Shown: one piece after another, positions 26,101-39,800 of the stretch
Layout of the letters: each line of letters begins with the position of its first letter
How positions within the stretch are numbered: position 1 is the first letter of the stretch
Assembly (NCBI GenBank): GCA_046563655.1
Contig: CM102288.1
Span: forward strand, 4,154,001 to 4,218,000
DNA length: 64,000 nucleotides
From: Yuukianura sp. NJ FZ-2021
Taxonomy: Eukaryota
Direction of reading: 5' to 3'
Translations under genes and position numbers: made by a program
The notes under the pieces: model-generated
What the model saw: only the letters and a program-made list of their open reading frames with translations
Database searches by the model: none
What the model was told of the DNA's origin: nothing

Positions 26101-27215
26101 TCTGAAGCTTTGAAGACCTTGAAATCAAGTTTTTTGAAATTTTGAAAATGTTGATTTTCTATTTTCAGCGTAAGTGTTTTTTGCAAGATTTGCTAAGTCG
26201 TGACCTTGCGATGTCCCCTATTGTGTGGACATGGCCTCGTCCCTCCCCTTGTCTGTGGCGTGCCAGTCAGGAGCTGGAGCGTCTGTTCCACCGCTGGCGG
26301 TGTTCGGTGTACCGCAGTCACTTTAAGGACCCCAACGAACGTAACCGATTAGGTGAAAAAGTGACGGCGTCAAATCTTCTGCGCGGGAAAAAGGCGTCTT
26401 ACCCCAGAAGTGTGTCCCATCCGTTCCTTGGAGACTATGTCCGACTCAGGGTCAACTCAGAGTGGAGGAAAATTGCCAAACAGGACGCAACTCTCGTCTT
26501 CGCTGACCTCGTCCAAAAAATTAGCTTGTCTTCTGGAAAGGTCACCCAAACTTCCAAAATTCTCCAAAAACAGGTTTCAAAATTTTGATTTTTCCTGAAA
26601 TTTTTGATTGTTCTAGACAACCCCGTACCTTTTGGCAGTGTCCACTTTTTCTCTGATGGTTTTGGATTCGAGGACATTGACATTGAAGCAGAGAATCCCT
26701 GTCCAAGAAATTACAAAGTTAAGTTTGAGTCCATACGCAGATCCCTTCATTGTCTTCCATCGAGTCACCCATGTAAGGCTCTTTTTCATGAAATTTCGAA
26801 ACTTTTTTTTGAAATTTTGAAATTTTTAGGAAATTGTGGAGGGAGAAGAGGGGGAACGCGGAGCTGAGCCGTGTACTGGCTGTCGGTTGTTTGAGGAAAG
26901 TGCTGGTAAGCGTGGTGACCTCATCCTGTCCACGCAGCATCTCGTGGAACTTGTGACCAAAGTTTACTTGATTGCCAAAAATCTGATGGGGGGCAAGGGA
27001 CCATCGGTCCACATTGGAGAGAGGTCTTCTTCTCAATTTTTTAAAAAAATGTTCAAAATTTTGAAACTGTGTTTCTGATTAGGTTTGAGTTGAATACGGG
27101 TTGTTCAGGGTCATCGTCTTCAGTTCAACTGGATTTTGTGAAAAGATCTTCGGGTGACGGGAGTGACGTGTTGAAAGTGGGACTCAAACAAGGCCACATC
27201 TCCATTTTCTTGTGA
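23124..27215 (+). CDS. Highly divergent myosin-I-like protein (shortened motor domain, IQ motifs, TH1-like tail), many small exons
   Basis: VEDLIHI, LALNPYR, P-loop GESGSGKS, GNARTQGN, NFHVFYGLLAG, LDFPGFQ, FRIRHFAG, HCIKAN, IQKTWRGW. Tail EKVTASNLLRGKKASYPRSVSHPFLGDYVRL is typical of class I TH1. Confidence 0.8.
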
Positions 27216-27840
27216 TATTCAAAAAATCCCCCGCCCCCACTTCATATTTATCTCCCCACCATCCATCTCTTACCCCTCTTTAAACAACAATCGAATTATA
27301 ACGTCGAAATATTCTCTCGGCTCAGCAATAATAAACAAAACACAAAGTGTTCTATTACTTGTCCTTTTTTTTGAAATCCTCGAAATTTTTCGAAATTTCA
27401 AATTTCGAAATCGAAAACGAAATGAACGTTTTGAATTATTATCCAAAGAGGTATGAAGTAGAAAGTAGCAATGGACAGAACTGCACAGTTGTTTCAGCAT
27501 AAATTGCGTTTTTCTGAAATTTTTGTCTCGACATGTATGGAAAGCTAGAAGAAAATTTTTGTTTTTCAATATTTTTACTTGATCAACTTTGTTTCATTTT
27601 TGCTAAAATTAGTAGACACAAAGTGCTTTTGTTTTTATAAATTACGTTTTCACAATTGAAGCTCACGAAGAGAAAATACTTTTAGAGTTTCTCCACTTTC
27701 ACTGGTTGCAAAGTGTATTTAACTGGACTAACGGAGGGTTTAATTAAAGTTAAACTTAATTATGCTCAACCTTAACAATTTGTAATTGGTGACGACTAAA
27801 CAATTGTTTCTTCAAAATTTTGAAGTTTAGTTTTGAAAAG

Positions 27841-30800
27841 TTAAGCTGGAGAGCCGGATTTGCTCATCATTCGAACAGTGTTCTTGAGAGCTTGGCGTTT
27901 ATTACAAAACCAAATTCGAATTACTTCCCGTTCGTAGCCCAGTTGGTGAGCGAGTGTTGTTATTTCAGCTCCTATGCAGAATATATTAATTAAAATATAT
28001 TATTTTATTATATATTTTATTGTTATTATATTTTATTGTTATTTGCCTGATGGGTGTGTGTTCCTCTCAAAGTGAGTGTTGAGTATTTCGAGTGCTTGTG
28101 GCGTAAAAGACGTGCGTCGCTTTCTCTTTTTCGACGGTTCCATCCCCACGAATTCGTTTAAATTTTGATTTCCAGAGCGATAGCGATCCTCTGCCTCCTT
28201 CATCCACTTTTCCAAAACTGGCTTGATCTTCTGAGCACTCTTTGGAGTAATGTCCAGTTTTTCAAACCTAAAAAGCACAAATTTTGAAATTTTTACACAT
28301 TTTTGAAAAAAGATTTTAAAAACTTTGGGTTTCAAAAGTAATCATTAACTAAAGAAGTGATTTGTGTGAGAGGTGTGGATGATTTGAGACTTTAATTTTC
28401 ACTGGCAGTGCTCTGGCTCTTTGAGTTTTTCAAAACAAAAGTACTACAAAGTTTATTTTTGAAATTTTAAGGTCAAAAGTGAAATTTTGAATGAGTTACG
28501 TACATGGATGGTTGTTGGTGGTTGGGGAGTGGTCGGTTAGTCTGAGTCAACTGCCAAGCCAGGGCACTGTACAAAATATAAGGAAACAAATCAAACACAG
28601 TGTCCGAAACTAACCTAACATTAACCTAACCTTAGCCTCACACTAGCCTAATTGACCTAATGTTTCGCAAAAGTTTAAGTTGAACTATGATCAACGTTAG
28701 GCTAAGAACGAGATATGTCATCGATTTTTCAACTACTTTTTCATTTTTTTTTAAATTTTGAAAAAAAGTTTACCTGCATATTGCGCTTTGACTGTACGCA
28801 GGCCCCTCAGTGACGGACAAAGCTTGACCCACTTGCGTCTGCGTCAAACCAAGCGACAGCCGACGCAGTTTGAACGCCTTGGCAAACTCCTTGATTTCGT
28901 CCAAATTTATTCCGTCCATCATCGTCTCGTCATCTGAAAATTTGTAATAAAAAACAACAAGTTTTAATAATTACTTAAGTCAGTTAAAACCGTCATCGCT
29001 TAAGTTAGTTTAAAATCGAAATTTTAGAAATTCTGTCTGAACTTAAACGGATTTTTTTTTTGATTTTGTGAATCATTTTTGAAAAATGATTTTTCAAAAT
29101 TATATTTTTTACCATTGTCTGAACATCTATCCAGAAAGTCCGAACATTCCTCCTCGTCTTCTTCCATGTCCAGGTCATGACCTATGCCATGACTCTGATG
29201 AGAGTGGGTTGGACTCATTTTGGACGGCGGAGGGCCAGTATATTGCGGAAAGTGACCTCCCCGGTGACCTTTGACATGACTAGACACGTTCTCATCATGG
29301 TTCCCCATACTAGCTGAAATCAGTGGAGAACTTGACCTGTCCCGCCCCCCTCCGTGACCTTGAACTCCGTTGTTCAGCGAATGACTCCGTCGACGTCTTC
29401 TGTTTCCCAAACTACTTCGCACGTTCGAGTTACGGTCAACACCAACCAACTTTTGCGAAATCTAAAAAAAGATTTAAAAAAATCACTTTCACCACTTTCT
29501 CCCAAAAATACCATACTAAGTATTGGGGAACTTTTTTAGGTTAGGTCTCAACCTACTTGTGTTTTTTTCGTGTTTAGCATGTTCTAAATTTCCATTTTTT
29601 TCTGTTTCTAAATTTTGTGCTCGATACGACCTTATTTTTTGGTTAGTTTTATAAAACAGGATTGTGTTAATTCCAAAGTGTTGTAATGCGCTGTAATCTC
29701 TAATCTGATTCCTACTAATGCTTTTCTGTGTTTTGTGAATTTTAATTTCACTCTGTTCCAAAGCACATTCCAACATGTCATTTCTTTTTAATGTTTTGGA
29801 GCTAATAGCATGCAAATGTGTCATTTAACGTCATTTCAAATACTCAAAAGAAAGCAACAAACAATAGAGAAAGTGGGCGGGAAAAAAGTAACAACGAAAG
29901 TAGAAAAAAATGAACTCATAAAAATCTGCGTTCTCGTTCCCCCTACTTAATTTCTTTTTTCGACTTAAAAATAGTTTGTCCAAGGTTTTTCAATTTCCGT
30001 TTTTCAAACAGTCAACTTTCACCTACTTTTCATTTGAAGAAAATAAAAAAGTCCCGCAACTTTGAATTTGACTAAATTTCAAAAATTGTGACTTACGAGA
30101 GAAAGGTGTTGCTGAGGAGAAAAGTCCTTGTGGTCGGTGGGTGGGGGTTGAGGGGGTGGGTTTCTCTTGGGTGGGGAGGGGGTGGTGGGGGTGATTGTTT
30201 GGAGGGGTGAGAGCGGTTGGGTGATGGGGATGGTGAGGACAGTTTGCGTGAGGAGTCCTGGAACAAAAGAGAAAGTCAAAATCAGATAATTTCCAGAGAG
30301 TAATTAACCTTAGGTTAAGTTTTCCAATACTTTTTAATTTTATGTTTTTAATTGTGGTGTCTTGTCTAAACTCGGAGAGAAAGTAGAGAGTTATTAAGAT
30401 CCTCATCGACATTTCCACTTTATGAATTGTTGATGTTCCGAGGTCACTAAGCCACTGAGTCCACTCCCTGATTATCTATCCTTAATCAACCCAAAATGTA
30501 CAAAGTCTGTTATTCGCCGTTCTCCAGAGTTACAGTTCGCTACTCAAACGGAACGAAACGACCAATTCATCACGAGAAATCGGTTCCGTCCGGTACCGAA
30601 CTTTTAAAAACGAACCAGGCTGAATTCTTTGATTTGAACTCAATTTTTCTTGGTTTTTGCGATGTCGCAAAACGGTTCTTTTTTCGGTACTTTGTACAAA
30701 TACAAAAACTGAGGAAAATGATTTCATCCAACTCCATATGATGATGAAACATCAACTTTCTCAATTTGATGAAAATTCTGAACAGCGAACTGAAAATTAA

Positions 30801-33800
30801 GTTCAACGGCGCTTAAACCCGAAAAGTGTAAAAACGAATTGGTTCGCGTGCCGGTTTTGGAATCGATTTGTTCCGCGTGATGCATAACTCTGGTGGTCAT
30901 TGGCAATTAATACTCTGAAGATACAGAAAGTGTACAAGAACCCAGTTCATTCCAGTTAACCATTAAAATAATTCACAAAACATGTTAGTTTCTCTACTTC
31001 AATTAAAACCGCAAAACTAACATTTAGTTTTAAACTTCTTTTCAATTTGAAACTCATAATTTTGTAAATTTGACAAAATGTCATTGATTATAGGACCATG
31101 GTCACCCCTTGTTGTTCCTGAAAGGGAGGAGACTATAAGAGAGTGCTAATTCAGGTCTAAACCATTTCAATATTTTACTTCAAAAACTGCCCAATCCTCA
31201 AAGTTAGGCGGAATATTTGAAAAAGTGTGATGAGGAGTAATGGGGGAAGCCATTTAAAGTGTAGGTGGGGCCAAAGTGCACTGTGACTAGTAGTTGCCAC
31301 TTTCAGGTCAAATGACCACTTGAGTCTCAATTTATGAATGACTAATTACGAGGTGAGGCTAAATGGGGGCGGGGTTAAGGACTAATTGAATCCACTCCAG
31401 CCAATCACAGGCCACGCGGAGTCTCTGGAGACTCCGAATCTCATAAATTTATCCAAAACTAATAATTTCCGACTCAAACTGCCAAATTACAGGCACTAAA
31501 TCACTATTACTTTTAATTGACTTCCTTTAATTATTGGTAACCATCGTAACCTTCAAGTAACCACTGAAAGTTACAGTGGTTACAGTCTGTAACCATTGAC
31601 GACACTTACCCTGGGGGGATGGAATGAGGACTTGAGCTCCCTGGATTCCTTGTACTATGCTTCCAGAAGCCAGAATCAGTTGGGGAAAGTTGGGTGGGGT
31701 GGGGCTGCTTCTGGACTGAGACGATGGAAACTGTTGTTGGTGGGGCTGGTGGGGCAAGTTGGTGGGGCCGCCGTTGGACAGATTGAGAGGAAGTGAGCCC
31801 GGGGTATTGCCGAGTGAGGCTAGATTGAGAAGGGCAGTTCCGAGACTTCTGCTCAGGAGATTGAGACCACCAGAACCACAAGACCCTCCAGAACTCAAAT
31901 CCGGTTTAACTACATTTCAAAACAGAAGAAAAAATGTTAAACTTTTGTCAAAATCAACAAAAATTATGATTTCGTCAAGTACAACTTTTCAAAAAATGTG
32001 AGCATTAGGTAATTTGGGCTTTCTATCATACTGCATGTATTATGTAATGCCTTTCATTTGCTGTTTTTAAAAAACCCGTTACAAAACGTGCTTTTTTTTT
32101 GAACATTTGAAAGGAGATTGGAATTGGAATGGGAGCTGTCCAGAGGCAACGGAAAAATCCGAATGATGCAAGAGCAGCAACAATACAAAATGTAGTTACT
32201 CCACAGGGCTCAACCTAATTTCGAAATTTTTCAAAAACTACTTTTCAAAATTTTTTCTCAAAATGAATTGCTCAACATTATGAATTTGTGAATTCGTTTT
32301 CACAGTTCTCTTTGCTAAATATCAACACCGTTTGTCTCTCTGTTGAACTCAAACCTGTGATTTAACACAAGAGAGACAGTTTGTGTTTCGATATTTTAAT
32401 CTTTGTGATTTTTAACACAATTTCACAGACTTTCAACTTGGATTGAATTTGTTGTGGCTTTTTGAATGATAAAAGTCATGAGTTGACTGAAACAAATTGG
32501 CGAAGTGGTTTAATTTATGGTTTGAATTCCGTTAACTTTTAAACTAGTTGAACTTTTTTTGTTGGTTAATAACTAGTGTGATTGTGTTTGGTTGACTGGA
32601 TTTGAGTGTTGCTACTCATTCCATTCACGTAATTCAATTCGAATTAAGAGGGAGAGACCTTAATAAATATTAAAGTGGAACTCAAAAGAAAAATCTCCAC
32701 TCCAGACACGCACCCACTTAATTCCACTCTTAATTCAAGTCCCACATTAACTAATCCAACCAATCACAGCCCTCCATTAACTAATCCAGCCAATCCCAGA
32801 CCTCCATTTCCCTAACTTAACTTTCCTCTTAGGTTAACAGTCTCAAGTGATTAATTATGCTAATGGGGAATTGGTGGGTGGAATTGATTGGATTTGCAGA
32901 GTTTAATCAGAGTTTAATTGCAGTTGAGATCATAAATCCACCCACTTCTGAATTCATAGAAGGCGGTTCTGTCCAAACCAGAATTTGTAATTGCAGTCTA
33001 ATTAAGATTATCCAAAATTATTAAGTAGCAGAGTGCCTGCGGGGCAAGTCTCAACTGACGACGCCTAGTTTATGGCCTCTCGTAAAAAGAATTTATCCTT
33101 AATCTTGCCAATCTGGGCCCACCAATTTCCCAATTTTCATATCTTTGCATAGGGGAGGGAACAAACGGCTTCTGCATTTTAATAATTTACAGCTCCAAGG
33201 TCCACTTCCAAATTCAAATTCAAAATTACCAGGTACAAAACAATTTGAAACGAAAAAAACGATTGAAAGTTGAGTGAAAACTTACGATCTTTGGTGTCTT
33301 TGGTTGGTGGGGCAAGTGGAGATGAATGAGGGGTGGAATGTGGAGAAAGGCTGCTGGTTCCACCGAGGTCCCGTGCTTGCTGAAAAAAGTGGTGGTACGA
33401 TGAGGGGTCAGTGGGCAAGCGTGGTGGGGCCAGGAAGTGGCCAGACTCTGCCCCACCACCGCCCTCTTCCCTGTCTTGTTCAGTTGACCTTGACCTTTGG
33501 TGGAACTGGGCTGGAAGGTGGCTCAGGAGACTTTTGACGGTAACTGCGTCCTTGTAGTTGTTGTTATTGTTGTGGTGGATCGGTGGTGGGTCAGTGGTGG
33601 ACAAAGTGGAAAGCCCGTGTGGTGGTGAAAATAGGTTAAACTGTTGCTCCAAATATGTCCTCCGTCCATTTCCTCCTCCCTGTTAACCAAAAGACAAAGA
33701 ATTTTCAAAATTTCATTTTTGCATTTCAAAAAAATTGATCAATTTCGGTTCCTACTTGACCAAATTTTGAAATATGATAATTTTATGGACTGCTGAGCAT

Positions 33801-36800
33801 CGTAAGCCTTGGGGAGAAAGTAAAGTGAAAAGTGTGGATTAATTCTAAATTTGAGCATTTGGCTTGATCCTAAAAGTGACAGATGCACAACAATTGAAAG
33901 CAGCAACAATAGAACACTTCATTAAAACACACTTCATCACACACACGCATCATTCTACAGTTTTTACACTTTCACTTTTTAGTGTTACTTAATAGAAGAT
34001 TTGGGACTGAAAAAGTTAATTTCTTACTGTTACTCATTTTTGCAATTTCGTATTTGGAATGAGTTGGTGAGTTTTAGGGAAGTAGAGTGGTAAAAGTTTG
34101 AACTGTTGTGCATAAGAGGAATTAATAATTTGGAAAAGGAAGAGAGTGGAAGGAGCTCATTTCCATTTAAATGAACTTCAAATTCACCCGCCTTCCCCCC
34201 ATACTTTCTACGCACAACTTTTAAAGTTCACAATGGGATTTAGACACAAAGAGACAAAAGGAATCAAACACAATTATACTCATTTCTTATGCTAATCTCT
34301 AACTCACTCTCCACATACAAGTTTTTTTAATGTTCAAAATTTGAAAAAACCAACATGGTTTAAAAAAATCCCTTCAAAATCTTAACTTACTCTTCACATC
34401 AACTTTTGGTGTGAGATTAACAATTTCAGGTGAGTTTGAGAATACGAAATTACAAAATTTTCCAATTTAAAAAACGTTTATCTAAAAAGTGAATTTCGTA
34501 ATGATTTTTTTTTCTGTTGGGAATTGGGTTTGTTTCAGTCCGGAATTAATTCTAATTGTGGAAGTGAGGTGCGATGTTGGCGTTGGCCAGAGGGGGGTTG
34601 AGGGGGTCTCCAGAACCCCCCCCTCTCGTGCCATTCCCATCAGAATTAGCATTTGGGAATTAATTGGAAAGTGAATCTCTGAATTTAATTAAACTTCTTC
34701 ATTAGCAACACTTTCCCTCCGCCTCTACCGTGCCTCATTCCCTCCAAAACCTACTTTCTCTCTCTCTCTGGAAACAGAATTGAAGCGATGAATAAATTAG
34801 AGAGCCAATTAAAAATAGGACAAGAGGAAAAAGTTGGGTTTAGGATGGAGAAATTAAGTTAATTAAAAGTAGGTTCTAGAAGGACACTCCAACAGATACA
34901 TTATGCAGAAAGTGTGGACCACCAATTTATAAATTATGGAAACAATCAAAAACAATACACTTTTTCATTATAATTTCCAATCATAATCGATATGTCTCAT
35001 TTCAATTCAAACACTCACAAAATGTAATTTCTCTTTTCTAAAAAGAGAAAGGAGTTAGAGAGTTGAGTTGAATTTTGAATGTCAGCGGGTAGTCCTTGGA
35101 ACGCGTAATTTTGGATATTGTTGAAATGTGATTTGTCATTTGAGAGTGAGGGGAAAGTGATGAGGGATTGAAATGGATTTGGTCCATTTCGATTTGCATT
35201 TTAGTTGGGGGAGACTTTGTACTACTCAGTCTCCTCATCTACATTCTGCATTTGGATTCTCAATTACTACTTTATGTATTTCTAGCTTTCACTCCCTTTC
35301 CTAATCACAGAGTGTCACTAGAGATCGCTTCTCAGCGGTATCCGGTTCGAAACGAATAAAAGTCGGTCTTTGTTTCAACATCTACCGTTCCGTTCCGGGT
35401 TCGTTTCGATCCGAAACCGGGACTGGGACTGAACTCTGGTCATGGGGAAAGCATGGAGTATGGTTGGTGATGTGACATGACATTATGCATGGTCGTCACC
35501 CAAATTCAAATTAGACTCTCAGAATGAGATGGACCGAGTGCCCAACTGTCCCTTACATCACTTTGACACTTGACACACAATGGACCAAGGGACTCTCGAG
35601 CCTCACAGACTTATTAGTCAACACACATTTAGAATTCTCATTTTACCCCTCATCCTCACTCAACCAAATCAGAAGGGAGGCAAACAACTGGAAAATATAA
35701 GGTTTTTACCAAAGAGAAAGCAGAGGATTCACCTAAAAAATTAATTCCATTGTTTATCTATTTAACATTTTTCCAAATTTCAAATCCATTTTCAATTTAA
35801 TCTTCGAAAACCTTGGCCTTCGTTCCTACTTTTTTTAAAACTTTTTTAAACAAAAGTTGAAATCCCTCTGAATCCTTTCTCCTTTGGTCCATTGTCCGTT
35901 TTTGTGTATTTTTGAGCTTGGAAAGTTCCCTCCCTCCTGATTTAAGCTCGTGTGCATAAATTAATTAATTTCGGCCTTCACTTTTTGTAATTTGAATTGT
36001 TTGATTTTGAGTGAAAGCTGGTCACGTGGCTCCCTTTTCCCTGCGTAATAGTAAAGAATAGGGTGGAGATTATTCTGAACACTGCGTAGGCCATGCATAA
36101 ATTAATAGGAGGGGATGTCCTTCATTACTACCACATTCACAATCTTCTCTTCTCCTGCCAAAATTAAAATTTACCACTTCACAAATCCCATACTCAAGCT
36201 TTCTCTTTTGAAAAAAAGAAACTAAGCTTCTCAAGGAAGCCTTAAAACTTTTACTCAACTTATGCTAATTCCAATTCAAATCATTCCAATCTCATTCATT
36301 AACACCTATCCATTGAATACTGAAGCAGGATTTTTAAAGAATTCAAATTATATTCAAAATATACATTTTTACATTGTATAATTTTATATATACTATTATA
36401 ATTTTTAAATTAGTAACATTATCAAGTTAAACTTTAATCACCAAGGCCACAGTAAATGAACTAAAGAATGGTTATTTAACCGTTTAAAATGCGAATTAAG
36501 AAAAATATTTTGACAGCGTTAAAATGTTGTAAATTTAGTTAGGGTGAAAGTAATGTTTGAATTTTCGTGTTTCCTCTGTAATTTTGGATCGTATGAGTCA
36601 CTTTGGAAATGTAGTGTGTGTTGAGGATGGCATGCAGGTAATTACAATGATTGTGTACATGAGCATGCTAGTACTTTCACTACTCCCTGCATAATGGGGG
36701 TGGGGAGGAGAGTTTGGGGGGTGGGTGCATAATCATAAGATGTGGACAGGGAATAATGTGGGTAGTTACTGGAGAGGTAACCATGGAGGGGTGGGTGGTT

Positions 36801-39800
36801 ACCATGGTAACCACCATAGCCACACTCTTCTCCTCCCCCTAAGTAGGTATTATTTTAAATGTCACGACATCCACTTCCCTTACCTGTAATTAACCCCAAA
36901 TCTCCACTTTACTCACTTTCTCTACTTTTACTTTCCAATTCATAAGCCCAATCTGAGTTTAGCGTGAGGGAAACATAATGTGGGAGACGAAAAAATGGAA
37001 GAGAAAGTAGGAGAAAAATCATGAGACATGAACATAGATTTGGAAAAATATAAAGAAAGTGACATGGAAAATATGCATCTTAACATTACATATTTTTTTA
37101 CCACCAACCGAAAAGACTATGGTCAAACACATGTTTCAAATTGACACAGGGAAATTACTCACGAAAAAAATACAATAAAGCTTTCACTTTCTCTTTTCTT
37201 TCACTTTTGGATGAAATCATTAGAATTGTGATTGATATTTTTATAATGGAGGTTCAATTTGTCGCATTTTCTCAACACTCTACTCGAAATTCTGTTTCAG
37301 TTTGAAATTTAGTTTTTGAAGGGAAACGCTTATGTTGCGTTGAGTTTATGCATTATAAAACAATAAAATGTAAATAATAGAATGAAATATGTTGGAAGTG
37401 TAGCTGGTGGGTGTTTGTGTTTGGGATTTGAGTGATTTTGTAGTTTTGGTGGAAAAGTGTAATGAGAGGGAGCTGTTTAATTATGGTTGTGCCTTGACTC
37501 TGCCTTCCCACTTTCTCCACTTTCACTTTGGCAACACAAGAGTTTAGTTTAGGTTTGTGAATATGATGAAACGATATTCCCTCCCCCTTCCTTACTCAAG
37601 CCAACTTTAGAAGTTGGTCTCATTAGGATGGATTAGCATTCCTAATTACTAATTACGAATTACTAATTACTAATTACAGGCCAAAGTGGACTCTACTCCC
37701 ATTCTGCACAACGGAACTTTCCATACTTCGATTAATTACAAGGAACCGGATTCAAATTTGTTCCAAAACACTTTCACCCGCCACTCGCCTAATCAAAAAC
37801 CATAATTCTATTCACAACACAGCACTGCCCAACTCCCACTCAACTTTCTCCGAAACTAACAAAAAGCGTAGTCCCACTCAACTTTCAGTTTGAAAAAGAC
37901 CAAAATTTCACTAAAATCCCGTTTTTGAATCGCGATTTTTTGAAGTTTACACAAAACTGAAAAGCCCATTTAGAAAACTAAGTTTGCAAAATCAGAATTA
38001 CGTTGAAGATTTAAAGGATTGGGAAGTTTTAAGTGTAAAGACTGAGTGTTATTTTCATTTTGACTTGGATTCTGACTGAATCCTGTCTTAAGATGAGTTG
38101 TGTTTTCTCTTCTGGCGGGAGAAAGTAAGTTCTTGGTTGATTTGTTACGAGGGGGTGCTAAGTTTGTGAGTTTGTGATTACATTAAGTGTAACCTTAGGG
38201 AAGTTGCTGGGAGGGTCAAGAGAAAGTTGTTGCTAAATTAGCATTGCTTTGCATCATGTAATCTTATTAATCTACATATTAATCAACGCAACTCTCTCTC
38301 TCCTCTCTGCATTTGCATTAATCCAATAATTGCCCAACTCAGAAATTAAAATTAAGGCTCTCATTTATTCACCTCACCCGGCGGAGAAAGTGGAACAGAC
38401 CAACTCCACTGGAAAAGAGACAGCGAGGAGAGGGATTAAAATCAACATAAATTATGAAACTCAACTCTCACAAATTTTGAAACTTACTTTACAAACTTTC
38501 AAACTTTTCAAACTTCAAAATTATACTTTCCACTTTACGGATTTCATCACAAAAACACTAGAATCTCAACTCACGCCTACAAAAAAAAAATGTTTTCAGA
38601 CCTTCTTGGAATCTGCTTAGCAACTAAGGTTAGGAATCTCTCAAAATTGGACAAATTTCCTAAAATTTTGACTTTTTTTGAAAATATTTAAAAGAGTTTA
38701 TTAGTACTTGAAATTATGATTCTTGGGAGAGAGAGATTTTAATGCTCCACTTTCCTTGTCTTTCTCCTGAACTTTCTCCAGAATCTCATTATGAAGGAAA
38801 GACCATAATAAAAAACAATTAAAAATTAAAGTTTCCCTCTCCCAGTCGCTGTTTTTATAGACCAATCAAATCACAGTATAAATTAAAAGCCCAACTCACG
38901 ACATTATGTTCTGCATAATCACCAAAATCACCTCACCCTCAAAATTTTACGCTTTCACATAAAAGTCCCACCGCCCCCGATCCACATTTTATGTCAAAAG
39001 ACATTACCCCACCCCCTGCAGGCCCAGCATTTTTACTACAACAGACAGAGAGATGCCAATTTCATAAACTTTTTTTTATTTTTTGAAATGCTCATGTCTA
39101 AAATTTGAAAATTAATTGAATTTGAGTGAGTTAGGTTATAATATTAATTAGACTTAGAAGATTCCATGTGAAGCGGAGGTTGTAATGACATTAAGTTTTC
39201 ACCTGGCGGCCTAACTGTAATTAATCCTACCCCGCCCCCTCCCTAAATCACATCAACTGCCCCCTCTCCCCTCTTCATAAACGTCAATTTGGATGCAGAG
39301 AAGGAGTGGATTGATGGATCGTGAGAAAATTAAAAAAGTATTTGAAAAACCCTCCTCCAGGAAGAAAGGAAGGCTCTGCTTAACCCAATAATTACAAAAA
39401 GCAATAAAAGAGCAAAGCAGGGTTCGAAGAACTCAACATTTTATTAGCTACTTACAGTTAACTTATTATTTAACTTTCCAATTATCTACTCTCAACCATT
39501 TCCCCAAAAATTTAAAACTTGAAATTCATCTTCCGACGAAAACTGAACTCAATACTAAAGTTTCAATAGATTCCAAACCTTAAAAGTTAGTAAAGGTTTA
39601 GTAAATTCAATTTTCTTGAATTAACTTATGGCTAAATTCTTGTTTCTTCTCAATTTTTGTTACGATTGTGCCAATTTCCTTGGATATTTTGTGTAATGTT
39701 AGAAGTTGTAAGAATAAATGAGAGTTTAGTGCACGAGAGCCCTTATTACTCATCCACTTTGTGTAAGTGGCTGGAGATCATAATGTGAGTCCTGGGGGTG

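Noticed and set aside
30130..30235. G-rich tract as a G-quadruplex element
   Set aside because: It is the antisense strand of a Pro/Thr-rich POU coding exon, which explains the composition.
35330..35425. CG-rich GTTCG/CGAAC patches (also 30520-30620) as transposon ends
   Set aside because: Could not define TIRs or a reliable alignment by eye.
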